From Eledone cirrhosa (taxonomy: Eukaryota): a DNA stretch of 64,000 nt. The notes beneath the pieces were generated by a model that did no database searches, was not told the origin of the DNA, and was given only the letters and a program-made list of their open reading frames with translations. This document shows positions 1 to 12,312 of this stretch, piece by piece. The stretch spans positions 235,352,001-235,416,000 of the forward strand of contig OZ024741.1 in NCBI GenBank assembly GCA_964016885.1. The letters are read 5' to 3'. Each line of letters opens with the position of its first letter. Positions within the stretch are counted from its first letter, which is position 1. The position numbers were made by a program, and so were the translations under genes.

Positions 1-2245
1 CACCACTAGTACCACTACAACACCACTATCACTCCCACACAGTCCTGATACCACTACTACTCCCACACAGCCCTGGTACCACTACAACACCACTACAATA
101 CCACTATCACTCCCACACAGTCCTGGTACCACTGCAACACCACTATCACTCCCACACAGTCCTGGTACCACTACAACACCACTAGTACCACTACAACACC
201 ACTATCACTCCCACACAGTCCTGATACCACTACTACTCCCACACAGTCCTGGTACCACTACAACACCACTAGTACCACTACAACACCACTATCACTCCCA
301 CACAGTCCTGATACCACTACCACTCCCACACAGTCTTGGTACCACTACAACACCACTACAATACCACTATCACTCCCACACAGTCCTGGTACCACTACAA
401 CACCACTACAATACCACTATCACTCCCACACAGTCTTGGTACCACTACAACACCACTACAATACCACTATCACTCCCACACAGTCCTGGTACCACAGCAA
501 CACCACTATCACTCCCACACAGTCCTGGTACCACTACCACTCCCACACAGTCCTGGTACCACTACAACACCACTAGTACCACTACAACACCACTATCACT
601 CCCACACAGTCCTGGTACCACTACCACTCCCACACAGTCCTGGTACCACTACAACACCACTAGTACCACTACAACACCACTATCACTCCCACACAGTCCT
701 GGTACCACTATCACTCCCACATAGTCCTGGTACCACTACAATACCACTATCACTCCCACACAGTCCTGGTACCACTACAACACCACTATCTCTCCCACAC
801 AGTCCTGATACCACTATCACTCCCACATAGTCCTGGTACCACTACAATACCACTATCACTCCCACACAGTCCTGGTACCACTACAACACCACTATCACTC
901 CCACACAGTCCTGGTACCACTACAACACCACTATCACTCCCACACAGTCCTGGTACCACTACCACTCCCACACAGCCCTGGTACCACTACAACACCACTA
1001 CAATACCACTATCACTCCCACACAGTCCTGGTACCACTACAACACCACTACAATACCACTATCACTCCCACACAGTCCTGGTACCACTACCACTCCCACA
1101 TAGTCCTGGTACCACTACAACACCACTACAATACCACTATCACTCCCACACAGTCCTGGTACCACTACCACTCCCACATAGTCCTGGTACCACTACAACA
1201 CCACTACAATACCACTATCACTCCCACACAGTCCTGGTACCACTACAACACCACTACAACACCACTACAATACCACTACCACTCCCACATAGTCCTGGTA
1301 CCACTACAACACCACTACAATACCACTATCACTCCCACATGGTCCTGGTACCACTACAACACCACTACAACACCACTATCACTCCCACACAGTCCTGGTA
1401 CCACTACAACACCACTATCACTCCCACACAGACCTGGTACCACTACCACTCCCACACAGACCTGGTACCACTACCACTCCCACACAGACCTGGTACCACT
1501 ACCACTCCCACACAGTCCTGGTACCACTACAACACCACTATCACTCCCACACAGTCCTGGTACCACTATCACTCCCACATAGTCCAGGTACCACTACAAC
1601 ACCACTATCACTCCCACACAGTCCTGCTACCACTACAACACCACTATCACTCCCACACAGTCCTGGTACCACTGCAACACCACTATCACTCCCACACAGT
1701 CCTGGTACCACTATCACTCCCACACAGTCCTCGTACCACTACAACACCACTATCACTCCCACACAGACCTGGTACCACTACCACTCCCACATATTACTAG
1801 TACCACTACAACACCACTATCTCTCCCACACAGTCCTGGTACCACTGCAACACCACTATCACTCCCACACAGTCCTGGTACCACTACCACTCCCACACAG
1901 TCCTGGTACCACTACAACACCACTAGTACCACTACAACACCACTATCACTCCCACACAGTCCTGGTGCCACTACCACTCCCACACAGTCTTGGTACCACT
2001 ACAACACCACTACAATACCACTATCACTCCCACACAGTCCTGGTACCACTACATCACCACTACAATACCACTCCCACACAGTCCTGGTACCACTACATCA
2101 CCACTACAATACCACTCCCACACAGTCCTGGTATCACTACAACACCACTACAATGCCACTATCACTCCCACACAGTCCTAGTACCACTACAACACCACTA
2201 GTAACACTACAACACCACTATCACTCCCACACAGTTCAACACTAG
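1..2245. repeat. Modular minisatellite array (runs off the left edge)
   Basis: Core CACTCCCACACAGTCCTGGTACCACTA recurs throughout, with variable numbers of CAACACCACTA / CAATACCACTA / GTACCACTA sub-modules between cores. Confidence 0.97.
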
Positions 2246-2531
2246 TACAATCCTATAATACACTGTTTTATTAAGAGTAGTGCCCTCCCCATTTTGGTTG
2301 TTACAGTCACAGGTTTTCTGCCATTATGCTTTCTGGCCTTCTTTGTGTACTTATCATATTCAGTATTTTAATGTCTTCTTCGTCCACTTATTCCTCAGAG
2401 GTTTGGGGGGCAGAGTCCTCAAACAATATTTTAAAGTCACACTTGTTACTTAAACTACAGAGAAATGTTATTCTCATTCCATTGCCCATACATTGGAGAT
2501 ATCCTCATAATTATTACATGAGAGAGAGAAT

Positions 2532-2748
2532 GGCAGTGGATTGGCAGTGTCGGTAAAGCATCAGTCAATATGCTTTACGGCATAGAGTTACGGCCCTTTA
2601 CATTGTGAGTTCCAATCTCACCAGGGTTAGCTTTGCCTTTCATTCTTATGGAGTCGATAAAATAAAGTACCAATGACATACTGGGGCGATTTAATCAAAT
2701 TTCCCCTCCCCTAAAATTGTTGGCCTTGTGCCTCAATCTGAAACCATT
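2532..2748 (+). mobile_element. tRNA-derived SINE, family B
   Basis: GGCAGTGGATTGGCAG head, GAGTTCCAATC B-box-like motif, body TTTGCCTTTCATTCTTATGGAGTCGATAAAATAAAGTACC, tail TTGGCCTTGTGCC; many relatives in the window. Confidence 0.8.
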
Positions 2749-4087
2749 ATGAGAGAGAGAGAGAGAGGGGGTCAACATTAGTAGTTTCCTGGTACTATAT
2801 TTATTGAGCTTGAAAAGATAAAAGGCAAAGCTGACCTCGGTGGAATTTGATCTCAGATGCAGGGAGCTACAACATATACTGCAAGGTATTCCATTTGATG
2901 CTTTCAATGGCTCTGCCACTTTGGTAGAACAGACTTAACAACATAGGTACATAGGAACAGACTTAAATACCTACTTTTAGCTTCTGCCCCCCCCCCCCCA
3001 AACATGCTTAAATAACCCTCCTCTCGGAGCCCCCACCAGCTGTCCTTCCCAACATACTTATATAGACTTCCTCTAACCCTCCTTATCCTCCCCTTACAAA
3101 CCTATATAAACTTCTCCTCCTCCTTCCTTACAGACCTGTATAACCCTCCCTTCTAATCCTTCTCTCCCAACACACCTATATAGCCCCCCTCTAAATTTCC
3201 TCCTCTCGATACACACTTTAGTAACTCCCCACTTCCCTTAGTAAATTTGTTCTATTGTTACTTACTGTTTATTTTTATTTCTCATTAATCAGTAATTAAT
3301 AACATTCCTGAAACTGCGACATTTAATTAGCACCTAATTACCACACACTTCTATTAATGAGAAAACGACAAATTATAATTAATTATAATTTTTTTTTTTT
3401 TAATTGGCAAAAAAGTTAAAAATTTATAACAGAAAAAGGTAGAGAAGTGCCCCAGCATGGCCAAGAGTTTAATGACTGAAACCCATAAAAGTGAATTTAG
3501 TGAATTTAACAAACGTTTCTACTAGTATATGACTTGCACAAATCTATAGATGTAGTAGTTATCGTAGAATGTACAAGTGCCACCTTATTCCATGAAAATA
3601 TGATGTAAAAACCAGCATGAAACTTATCTACTGGAGCTACAAAACCTCAATTCACAATATATGGTGCATTGTAAATTTTTGATGTAAAATGGAAGTGTAA
3701 CATACATGAGTATATAATAAAGCACTTATATGGTGCCAGATATCGACCAAAACAAAAGAATATTCAAACCCTAGTTGCTCATTCATCTACACATATACAT
3801 AAATCCCTAAAGTTTGAAGGTAGTTTACTGGTGGAATTTCCTGAAATGTTAACTTTGAAATGGTCTAAAAACTGAACGAAATAATGCAGTTCGAGTAGAT
3901 AACGGAAGCTTACTCCAGAGCGCTGGAGCTGACTTAAAGAAAATCTGATCTCTACAGCTCTTCATTTTTGTGTTTGGTACAATGAGGAGTCTCGTGTCTG
4001 GAGGGTGAAAGGCAAAGTCAGCTCCAAAAGTATTTCGACTGTATAGTGTTCACTAAACTCTGCCAGTTATTTTATCTATCACTCTAC

Positions 4088-4640
4088 CTTCTTCTTCTTT
4101 GCCCACTTATTCCTGAGAGGGTTGTGGGAGCAGAGTACTCAAACACTCCTTCCAATGGGTACTGTCAGAAGCAACTGATCTGGCTGGATCCCCAAGTGAG
4201 ACCAGCCAAGCTCATAGATGTTATCCAGCCATCTTGCTTAGGGTCTACTCCCGAGTTTCCTGCTGGTTGGATTTTGTCCATAAAATCTGTCCAGCGATCC
4301 TTTCCTGAGACATTCTAACAACATGCCTGTAGTATCGGAGCTGTGATCTCTCAATTCGGAGAAGTAGCGGCTGTACCTGGAGTGACTCTCTGATCTCTGA
4401 GCTGTGCACCCTATAGAGTAATGTTATTTCAAAGACCCTTCAGAGAAACCCCATTTCAACCTCTTGTATTCGCGATCATATTCTTTTAGTCACTACCCAA
4501 GATTCTTGACCGTAGGTAAGAGTTGGCATGAATACCGAATTGAAGATAGCGAGTTTGGCTTTTACACCTACCTCCCTTCTTCTGATTACTGAATGCTGAA
4601 GCTGGCACATTACTGCACCAGCTCCTGCAATTCTAGTTGC
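4088..4640 (-). mobile_element. Decayed 3' end of an RTE-clade LINE with a (GAA)n tail
   Basis: KAKLAIFNSVFMPTLTYGQESW matches the RTE post-RT L.YG.E.W motif; (CTT)n at 4088-4099. Confidence 0.75.
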
Positions 4641-4824
4641 AATATAAGCAGGCAACTGCCAGACGAATAAGCAACCCCAGACCAACAGCGATGGGTTATG
4701 CCTGTAGCTCCCAAGAAAACTCTTACAACCCAGTGACATAGCTATGACAAGGTAAGTAATGGCCGCCTCTAAAAAGGCCAGTCTTTGCGGTTTTGACAGA
4801 GTACCAGATTGGTGACTGGTGCGA

Positions 4825-5015
4825 AGACCATCGAAACTGCAATATTTAGAGGAAGGGGGAAAATGATTATATCAACCCCAGTACTTAAGTAGTTCTTTAT
4901 TTTATCAACTCCAGAAGGATGAAAAGCAAAGTTGACCTTGACAGAACATCCAGAATGAATACTGCTAAGCATTCTGTCTGACACTCTAACCTCTAACAAC
5001 TCTGCCAACCCACCA
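4825..5015 (-). mobile_element. SINE family B, diverged
   Basis: TTTATTTTATCAACTCCAGAAGGATGAAAAGCAAAGTTGACC is the reverse complement of the family B body. Confidence 0.7.
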
Positions 5016-5256
5016 ATGATGGTTGCAAACAGTGACATGAAGGAAGAAGAGGAATGTAGTCAACTTCAGTAGTTAAAGTGGTGGTTCCTAACCCTAAAGA
5101 ATGGTTGGCATCATTCTGACAGGATTGCAAAGACAAAAGCTTTTGAAATATTTGGTAAAATGTTCTTGAATATGTCATACATGTTTCATTGCTTAACACC
5201 TTGGGCAGAGCAAGAAACTTTTATTGAAGTATATATATATATATATATATATATAT

Positions 5257-6063
5257 TACGTGAACGGCAAAGCATAAACGAACTAAGGAAAAAATTAGAA
5301 ATAAGAGGCATCAGATGTTGTTTACTCGAGAGAAGGCTACGTTGGTACGGTCACGTGATGCGCATGAAAGACGACAGCTGTATAACAAAGTGCAGGGCAA
5401 TAAAGATAGACAGTAGCCACGGAGTAGGCAGACCCAGAAAAACATGGGACGAGCTGATAAATTCCGACCTCACACGCTTACACCTCTCCAAGACAATGTC
5501 ACTGGACCGAGACCTTTGGCGGTACTCAGTAATAGAGAAGACCCGCCTTACCTAAATACAAAGTAAAAACCTACTACAGTCAGTAGGCATCTCTATCAAC
5601 CCCCCCCCCCCGTCCCACCACCTCCACCCCATCCACACCGCCCCTTTCAATGTAAAGTTATGTTGGTCCCACAACATCCAGGCCGAAACAAATGAGATCG
5701 TGTAGGTGTCACGATAAAAAAACACACAGTCCACGCTGTAAATGTGGCCGTGTAGGCAACACGGTAAAAACCTCCCAGCCCCACACTGTAAATGTGGTTG
5801 GTGTTAGGAAGGGCATCCAGCTGTAGAAAACACGCCAGACAGTCCACGCTGTAATGTGGCCGTGTAGGCAACACGGTAAAAACCTCCCAGCCCCACACTG
5901 TAAATGTGGTTGGTGTTAGGAAGGGCATCCAACTGTAGAAAACCCGCCAGACAGTCCTATGCGAGCAAGACAACCACTCTTGCCTCAAGTGGGAAAACCC
6001 CCGTCCAAACCCATGCAAGCGTGGAACACGGACGCTAAACCTGATGATGATGATGATGATGAT
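5257..6063 (+). mobile_element. 5'-truncated RTE LINE, family 1 (ORF end, 3'UTR, (ATG)n tail)
   Basis: RRLRWYGHVMRM...GRPRKTW; 3'UTR has a ~112 bp tandem duplication (units start ~5728 and ~5840); ends in (GAT)n inside (TA)n. Confidence 0.93.
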
Positions 6064-6111
6064 ATATATATATAAATATAGATAGATAGATAGATAGATA
6101 GATATATATAT

Positions 6112-6298
6112 TGAAACAGCGATCGAGTTTGAAATTAGAAATAGAAGCTTTTGCCATATTTTTTTTTTACTAAAGAAATTTTAGCTTGATAGTGGGGTTT
6201 AGAACCCTCCAAGAAATGGAAAAGTATGAGTATTGTATTGTATGTCCATTTCTTAGAGAGTTCTAAACTCTACTATCAGGCTAAAATTTCTTTAGTCA
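6112..6298 (-). mobile_element. Fold-back insert related to the tRNA-headed element at 12037-12235
   Basis: Inverted arms ~6168-6221 and ~6245-6297; the reverse complement of 6112-6225 resembles 12120-12232. Confidence 0.6.
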
Positions 6299-6502
6299 GA
6301 CACACATATACATATATATATATATTTTTTTTAATATATATTATATATATATATATATGTGTGTGTATATAAGTGTATGTGTTATGAGCACTTTGAGAGA
6401 GCAACATAAAAATATCAGCCTGGAGAATAACAATGAATCGAAACAACAGAAGTAAGCTTCATGTTTTCTTTATGTTTTTCTGTTTTTTATGTTCAACCTC
6501 TA

Positions 6503-6565
6503 GCTGCCTGATGAGGTCATAACTGTTCCATTAACAGTTATCACAGAAATATATATATAACATCG
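6503..6565 (+). ncRNA. Decayed type I hammerhead ribozyme (PLE-type)
   Basis: CTGATGA 6508-6514, hairpin ATAACTGTT/AACAGTTAT, GAAA 6546-6549; shares the GCTG.CTGATGAGGTCAT context with 53919; stem I degenerate. Confidence 0.5.
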
Positions 6566-7323
6566 ATTATGAATAAACGAAGTGAATTATAACCTGCTGA
6601 CTTGTACTTCATGTTTATAAATATACTCTGAGTAAACAGACCCACTTGTTTACTTCGTCGTGTGCTCTACCCTGCATACTAAAGTGTTGCTGATAAACTA
6701 ACATAATTAATATTATATATCATCATCATCATTTAACGTCCATCTTCCACGCTAGCATGACTTAGACAGAAATTGTCCCACTTGAGGCAAGATTGATTGG
6801 GTGACCATGTTTCACTCGTATAGGACTGTATATATGCAAATATGTTATTTAGTGTGTCTGGTTGATGATGCTGTAACAAGGAGCAATTGCAATACACTGT
6901 AACACAGTAAACAATAAAAACAAATAGAAAAAAAAACATATTGATTGACAATACTACAATTCTATATAGAATCCCACACAAAATGAAGAAAATAACTATG
7001 AAGGCTTTATTTATAACAAACACATCATAAATACAGCACTTGTAAAATTAACTATGAAAACTATCAGAATGGTTGAATATTTATTTTAAATCTGTCATTG
7101 AAGCTTTTTACCAATAGTTTGGTGATCTTTTGCAACCACTACAAAGCATCTGAACAATTTACCACTACTACAATCCTTCTTGTTCTAAAGGTCTCAAAAA
7201 GTTAATAGACATATTCTGAATTTAGGAACACTATTTTCCCAAGCCAAACATAAAGGACTTATAAGGAAATATAAAAAGTCATTAATAAAAAAAGATCAAA
7301 GAGTACTTTATATATATATATAT

Positions 7324-8277
7324 AAGTGGTAACACAACAGTTAGTTCACCATACCGAGAACAATTGTTTCACCTTAGCGGATCTTCAGCTCGTACTGGTC
7401 ATGGTTATACTGACCAGTACCATCTTTAACAGACACAGAGTAAAACTAGGGTACTCCTGCGTTAAGAATATGAAGGCCCACATCACCAAAAGTCCTAAGA
7501 GCGGCACCCCACCAGGATGCTCTTGCCGAAAGCCTAAAGCTTGTCCCCTTCAACAGCAATGCAACACACACGCTGTAGTTTATGAAGCTGTGGTCACTTC
7601 CAACCGACCAAATCAACCACAGGAGGTCAAATCCTATGTGGGTATGGCGGAGGGCCAATTTAAGGAATGCTTCCTGAACCATCAGTCGACCTTTAGGTAC
7701 TCGGACAAACGATCATCCTTGAAACTCGTGAGCCACGTATGGTCCCTCAAGGATTCAGGTATAGACTACTCCATTCAATGGAAAGCCATCACTAAGTCCA
7801 AGCCATACGCAAGGGGCAATCCGTCTTGTAGACTGTCTATTGAAGAAAGCATAAATATTCTAAGGAGATTACGCAATAGCGATTTCCTAAATTCAAGTAA
7901 TGAAATCTTCTCACGTTGTCCACATGTCTGGAAACACCTCTTGCATAACTACAAAGCTCCGGATTGAATAACAACATTCTAATTTTCTAATCAACTCGAA
8001 CACCTTTTCCGGACTTTCACAGTTATCTACCTTACAACTTTCGCCCATGGCTTTGTACCGCTTGGGTGAAGTGACCGTTTCTGTGCATGCGCGTTCATAT
8101 GGTTGTTCTTCCTGTTCAGTATAACCATGACCAGTACAAGCTGAAGATCTACTAAGGTGAAACAATTGTTCTCAGTATGGTGAACTAACTGTTGTGTTAC
8201 CACTTCTACCTAACTCGTCCCATGAACTGAGTGTTCTACCACTACAGATATTACCTTCCAGTGTTCTACCTCTCTCT
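7324..8277 (+). mobile_element. Penelope-like element (Neptune-type GIY-YIG 3' part) with inverted 5' pseudo-LTR
   Basis: ORF has CSC..CPL..C, VVYEAVV, YVGMAEGQFKE, HVWSLK..YSIQW, CRL..EE, LNSSNE..CPH; 7324-7413 is an inverted copy of 8116-8205. Confidence 0.88.
8132..8180 (+). ncRNA. Minimal type I hammerhead ribozyme in the PLE pseudo-LTR (mirror copy on minus at ~7349-7397)
   Basis: CTGAAGA 8141-8147, short stem II, GAAAC-AATT-GTT; stem I CGAG/CTCG is intact in the minus copy. Confidence 0.6.
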
Positions 8278-8280
8278 ATA

Positions 8281-10376
8281 TCATCATCATCATCATTTAA
8301 CGTCCATCTTCCATGCTTGCATGGGTTTGGACGGGAGTTTTCCCACCTAAGGCAAGATTGGTTGTCCTGCTCGTATAGGACTGTCTGGTGGGTTTTCTAC
8401 AGCTGGATGCCCTTCCTAACACCAACCACGTTTACAGTGTGGAACTGGGAGGTTTTTACCATGTTACCTACACGGCCACATTACAGCGTGAACTGTGTTT
8501 TTTTTTGTTGTGACACCTACACGACCTCCTTTGTTTCGGACTGGATGTTGTGGTACCAACATAACTTCACATTTAAGGGGGTGGTGTGGATAGGGTGGGG
8601 GTAGTGGGACGGGGGTGTATTTCGTTAGAGGTGCCTACTGACTGTAGGTTTCGCTTTTTACTTAGGCAAGGTGGGTCTTCTGTATAACTGTGTAGCGCCA
8701 AAGCTCTCGGTCCAGTGACATTGTCTTGCAGAGGTGTAAGTGTGTGAGGTCGGAATTTTTTAAGTCGTCCCAGATTTTTCTGGGTCTGCCTACTCCGTGG
8801 CTACCGTCTACTTTTATCGCCCTGCACTTTTTTATACAGCTGTCGTCTTTTAGGCGCATCACGTGACCATACCAATGTAGTCTTCTCTCGAGTAAACAAC
8901 ATCTGATCCCTCTTATTTCTAATTTCTCCCTTAGTACGTTTATGCTTTGCCGTTCACGTATATTACTATTACACATCCAGCGGAGCATGCAAGCTTCGTT
9001 TCTCTCCAGTCTGCGTATATCCTCTGCACACAATGCCCAGGTCTCACTGCCATGTAACATTGCTGTTCGTATGCAGGCATCATACAGCCTGCCCTTAATT
9101 TTTAGAGAGAAACCTTTAGCGGCCAATAGTGGTATAAGCTCTCTGAACTTTTTCCATCCTGTTCTGACTCTAGCTAATGTACTTTCAGAGCACCCTCACC
9201 CACTGCTGATTTTGTCACCCAGGTAACGGAAGCTGTCCACTATTTCTATAGAACCATCTGTGCAATGGAATGTGTTAGTATTCTGAGGGCACTTGCTGCT
9301 ACTTATTGCACCAGAGCACCGGCCACATATAAAATCTAGATTCTTAGTTAGCTTTCCTGTGATCCCACTACATCTTTTATGTACCCATACTTTGCATTTG
9401 GGACATAAAATGGAGTTTCTGCCTACTCCTTTCCTACACACTGAGCATGGCCATTTCCCAGATGGGACCGGTGCCCTATTTTCCTTCCTACAAACTAGAA
9501 CTTTAGTCTTAGACAAGTTAACTTTAAGGCCTTTTGATTCTCGGCCATGCTTCCATGTTTGGAATTTCTTCTCTAGTTCAGCCATTGATTCAGCTATGCG
9601 CGTTAGATCATCTGCATATAGAAGTTCCCATGGGCAGCCGGTCTTGAACTCCTCTGTTATAGCCTGAAGGGCAATAATAAATAGTAGGGGGCTAAGGATG
9701 GAGCCCTGATGAACAACTTTTACTCTAAACTCTTCACTATATTCGTTGTTAATTCTAACCTTGCTGACTGTTTCTTTATACATGGCTTGTATAGCTCTCA
9801 CAAGCCATTCATCAACACCTAGTTTTCTAAGGGCCCACCAGATAATCGAGCGGGGTACTCTGTCAAAGGCTTTCTCCAAGTCAACAAAAGCTAAGTATAG
9901 GGGTTTACTTTTAGCTAGATACTTCTCCTGTAGTTGTCGTACAATGAAAAGAGCATCTGTGGTACTTTTACCTGACACAAACCTGAACTGCATTTCGTCT
10001 AGATCAATTCGCTCTCTGATTAGTTGCGCTATTACTTTTTCTGTGACCTTCATGACCTGGTCAATTAATTTAATGCCTCTATCTAGGGCATCACCTTTAC
10101 CCTTGTAGCAGTTAATGATGATGCTGCTGCGCCAGTCCTTCGGAACGACCCCATTCTGTATGACTTGGTTTACTATCCGGGTGACCATAGTGTGTCCCAC
10201 CGTTCCAGATGCTTTCAGCATTTCGGCAACTATTTCCGAAGGCCCGGCCGCCTTGCTCGTCTTCATGTCTTTCTTTGATCGCCTTACTTATTATACTACC
10301 TTCAACTTGCACTGCTGGTCCCTCTATTGGGTCGATGTGGGGGAGACTGTCTTTCTCCCAATTATTCTCCTCATTT
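8281..10376 (-). mobile_element. RTE LINE family 1, 5'-truncated, RT domain frameshifted
   Basis: ORF 9196-10266 has KAAGP, FVDLEKAFDRV, HQGSILSPLLF, YADD and a PHD-like C..C..WVHKRC; 8662-9126 is the C-terminus; (ATC)n tail at 8281. Confidence 0.96.
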
Positions 10377-10943
10377 AGTATATATACATATATATGGTGT
10401 ACGTGTGTCTGGTGAATTCTGAGCCTCTGATTGGACAATCTCTTTATACTTGTTTGTGACTGGCTGTTTTGGCCACAAATCCGATGTGGATTTTGTTGTA
10501 ATAGCACTGGTCTGAGGATCAGTCATATCTGGAATCTGGTCTGGAACATTAACACAGATCATGAGCCGACTGTTTATGAAACAATTGTAACCAGGACTGA
10601 TCAATAAATTTCATGTAACATCTCCAATTTGTTATTATATACACACACACACCAGGCAGCAAAGAGTCATTAGAACATAAGACAGAATGCTTTATGATAT
10701 TCATTCTGGGTGTGTGTGCTCAAGGCCAAATCCTGTCATGCACAACTTTACTTTTGAGGTTGATAAATAAAGTACTAGTCTAGTAATGGGGTTGATTCTT
10801 CCACTATATATTTTTCACTGGAAGAAACTGACTCTGTTTAGACCTGGAAATTAATGATCTCCACCAGGTTTAAATATCCAAGAGATGCCATCTATCACTA
10901 CAGCACCTCTACAACTCAATCAGGATTTAAAGATCCCTTTATA

Positions 10944-11853
10944 CTAGCATTAAACCCCGGCGTTGCTCGGGGTCAGTAAGTTACCAAAGTTAGGTTGCAC
11001 CACCCATTTTATGGCAGCACTTTTTTGTCTGCCAGACACTGGGTGAATGAATTGCAGACCTGGACTGCCGAAGCAGGAGCTGCGCCAGCAGTGACAATTG
11101 TAGTTTCGCCTATGGATATTATCTCTGTGCAAAGAAGTGTGGAAATTTATTGTTTCACAGTACTTGCACAACACGCACGTAGACGATGCCAGCCGAACAA
11201 CAGAGCTGCGATGGAGTTGTTCTGCATGGTTGTCTGTGTTTTCTAAATTTAAGACAGTAGGGAGGGGTGTGATATGGGGGACAGTTAGCTGCTGTTTCTA
11301 GCAGGTTTAGTGACCTCATAGAGGATATTATTGTCTATATTAAATAAACTGATACTTCTTTCTTCCACGTTCGTTGAGAGATGTTTTAAAAAAGAATTTA
11401 TCGCTATTTTTTTTTGTTGTTGAATAAATTTATCTGTTGCTTTTGAATAATTGTTGTCATTGAAGTAAATAAATGTTTGACTGTTCCACACTCAAAAACA
11501 AACGTTCTCTCTCTCTCTCTCTTCGGCGTTCCTAAAGGAAGTTTGTAAGTTTAAGCGTATATAAGAGAAAGTTGCAGCATGTATGTAGTTTTATCGAATT
11601 TTAAGGAGAGTAGAGAGAGGAAATCAGATTGTATTAGAGGGGTAAAGCGTAATGTATTTAGTTTTATCAATTATTTCCATAATTGTGGGTGAGTTTGAAA
11701 TAAATAAATAGTCGTTGACCTAAGTTAGACCATTTACAACATTCTTACAAACTTTGAGTCAAATCGGTTTGAAATTGTGCAAATGTATAAACATGGAACA
11801 TGCACACACACACACACACACACACACAACAATCTGCCTTTTATAGATAATGA
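10944..11853 (-). mobile_element. Non-autonomous Helitron
   Basis: On minus: A|TC start at 11853, subterminal hairpin CCCCGAGCAACGCCGGGG, CTAG|T end at 10944. Confidence 0.8.
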
Positions 11854-11923
11854 TATATATATATATCATCATCATCATCATTTTACGTCCGCTTTTCCCT
11901 GCTTGCAAGGGTGGGACGGGTCT

Positions 11924-11960
<37 letters not shown>

Positions 11961-12036
11961 ATATATTTATATATTTATTTATGTATTCATATGCTATGAT
12001 TATATAGCTTCAAATTGAATGGAATTTTGGGTGGGT

Positions 12037-12108
12037 GACATATTGGTGTAATGGTTAGTACAGTGGTCATGATAGCCAAAGATGTGGGTTCATGTCCAAT
12101 GTATGTCA
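12037..12108 (+). pseudogene. tRNA-like cloverleaf (tRNA pseudogene or SINE head)
   Basis: 72 nt; acceptor GACATAT/GTATGTC, A-box TGGTGTAATGG, B-box GGTTCATGTCC, T-run at ~12121; mismatches in anticodon and T stems and no U33. Confidence 0.6.
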
Positions 12109-12312
12109 ATGTTCATCCCCTTTTTTCATTCTATGGGTTTTTATAACTCCAACTATTAGGCTAATTTATTAGTCAAAAATATGGCGGAAGTACTATTTCA
12201 CTATCTAATTTTCAAATTCTCCGCTGTTTGTAAACAAAGCTAAGCTTTGTATCTAATATATGTATACATACATAGATTATGTGTGTGTGTATGTGTATAT
12301 ATATATATATAA

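Noticed and set aside
336-2201. Mucin-like Pro/Thr/His ORFs
   Set aside because: They are translations of the minisatellite; unit lengths shift frame, most starts are non-ATG and there is no unique coding flank.
3000-3240. Degenerate ~45-bp C/T-rich repeats
   Set aside because: Too few and too diverged to distinguish from low-complexity sequence.
9196-10266. Active or domesticated reverse transcriptase
   Set aside because: 5'-truncated, lacks the endonuclease, has lost the NYR motif and a conserved Gly, and is frameshifted near 9200.
12037-12108. Functional tRNA-Ser(TGA)
   Set aside because: No long variable arm, A at position 33, stem mismatches; kept as tRNA-like only.
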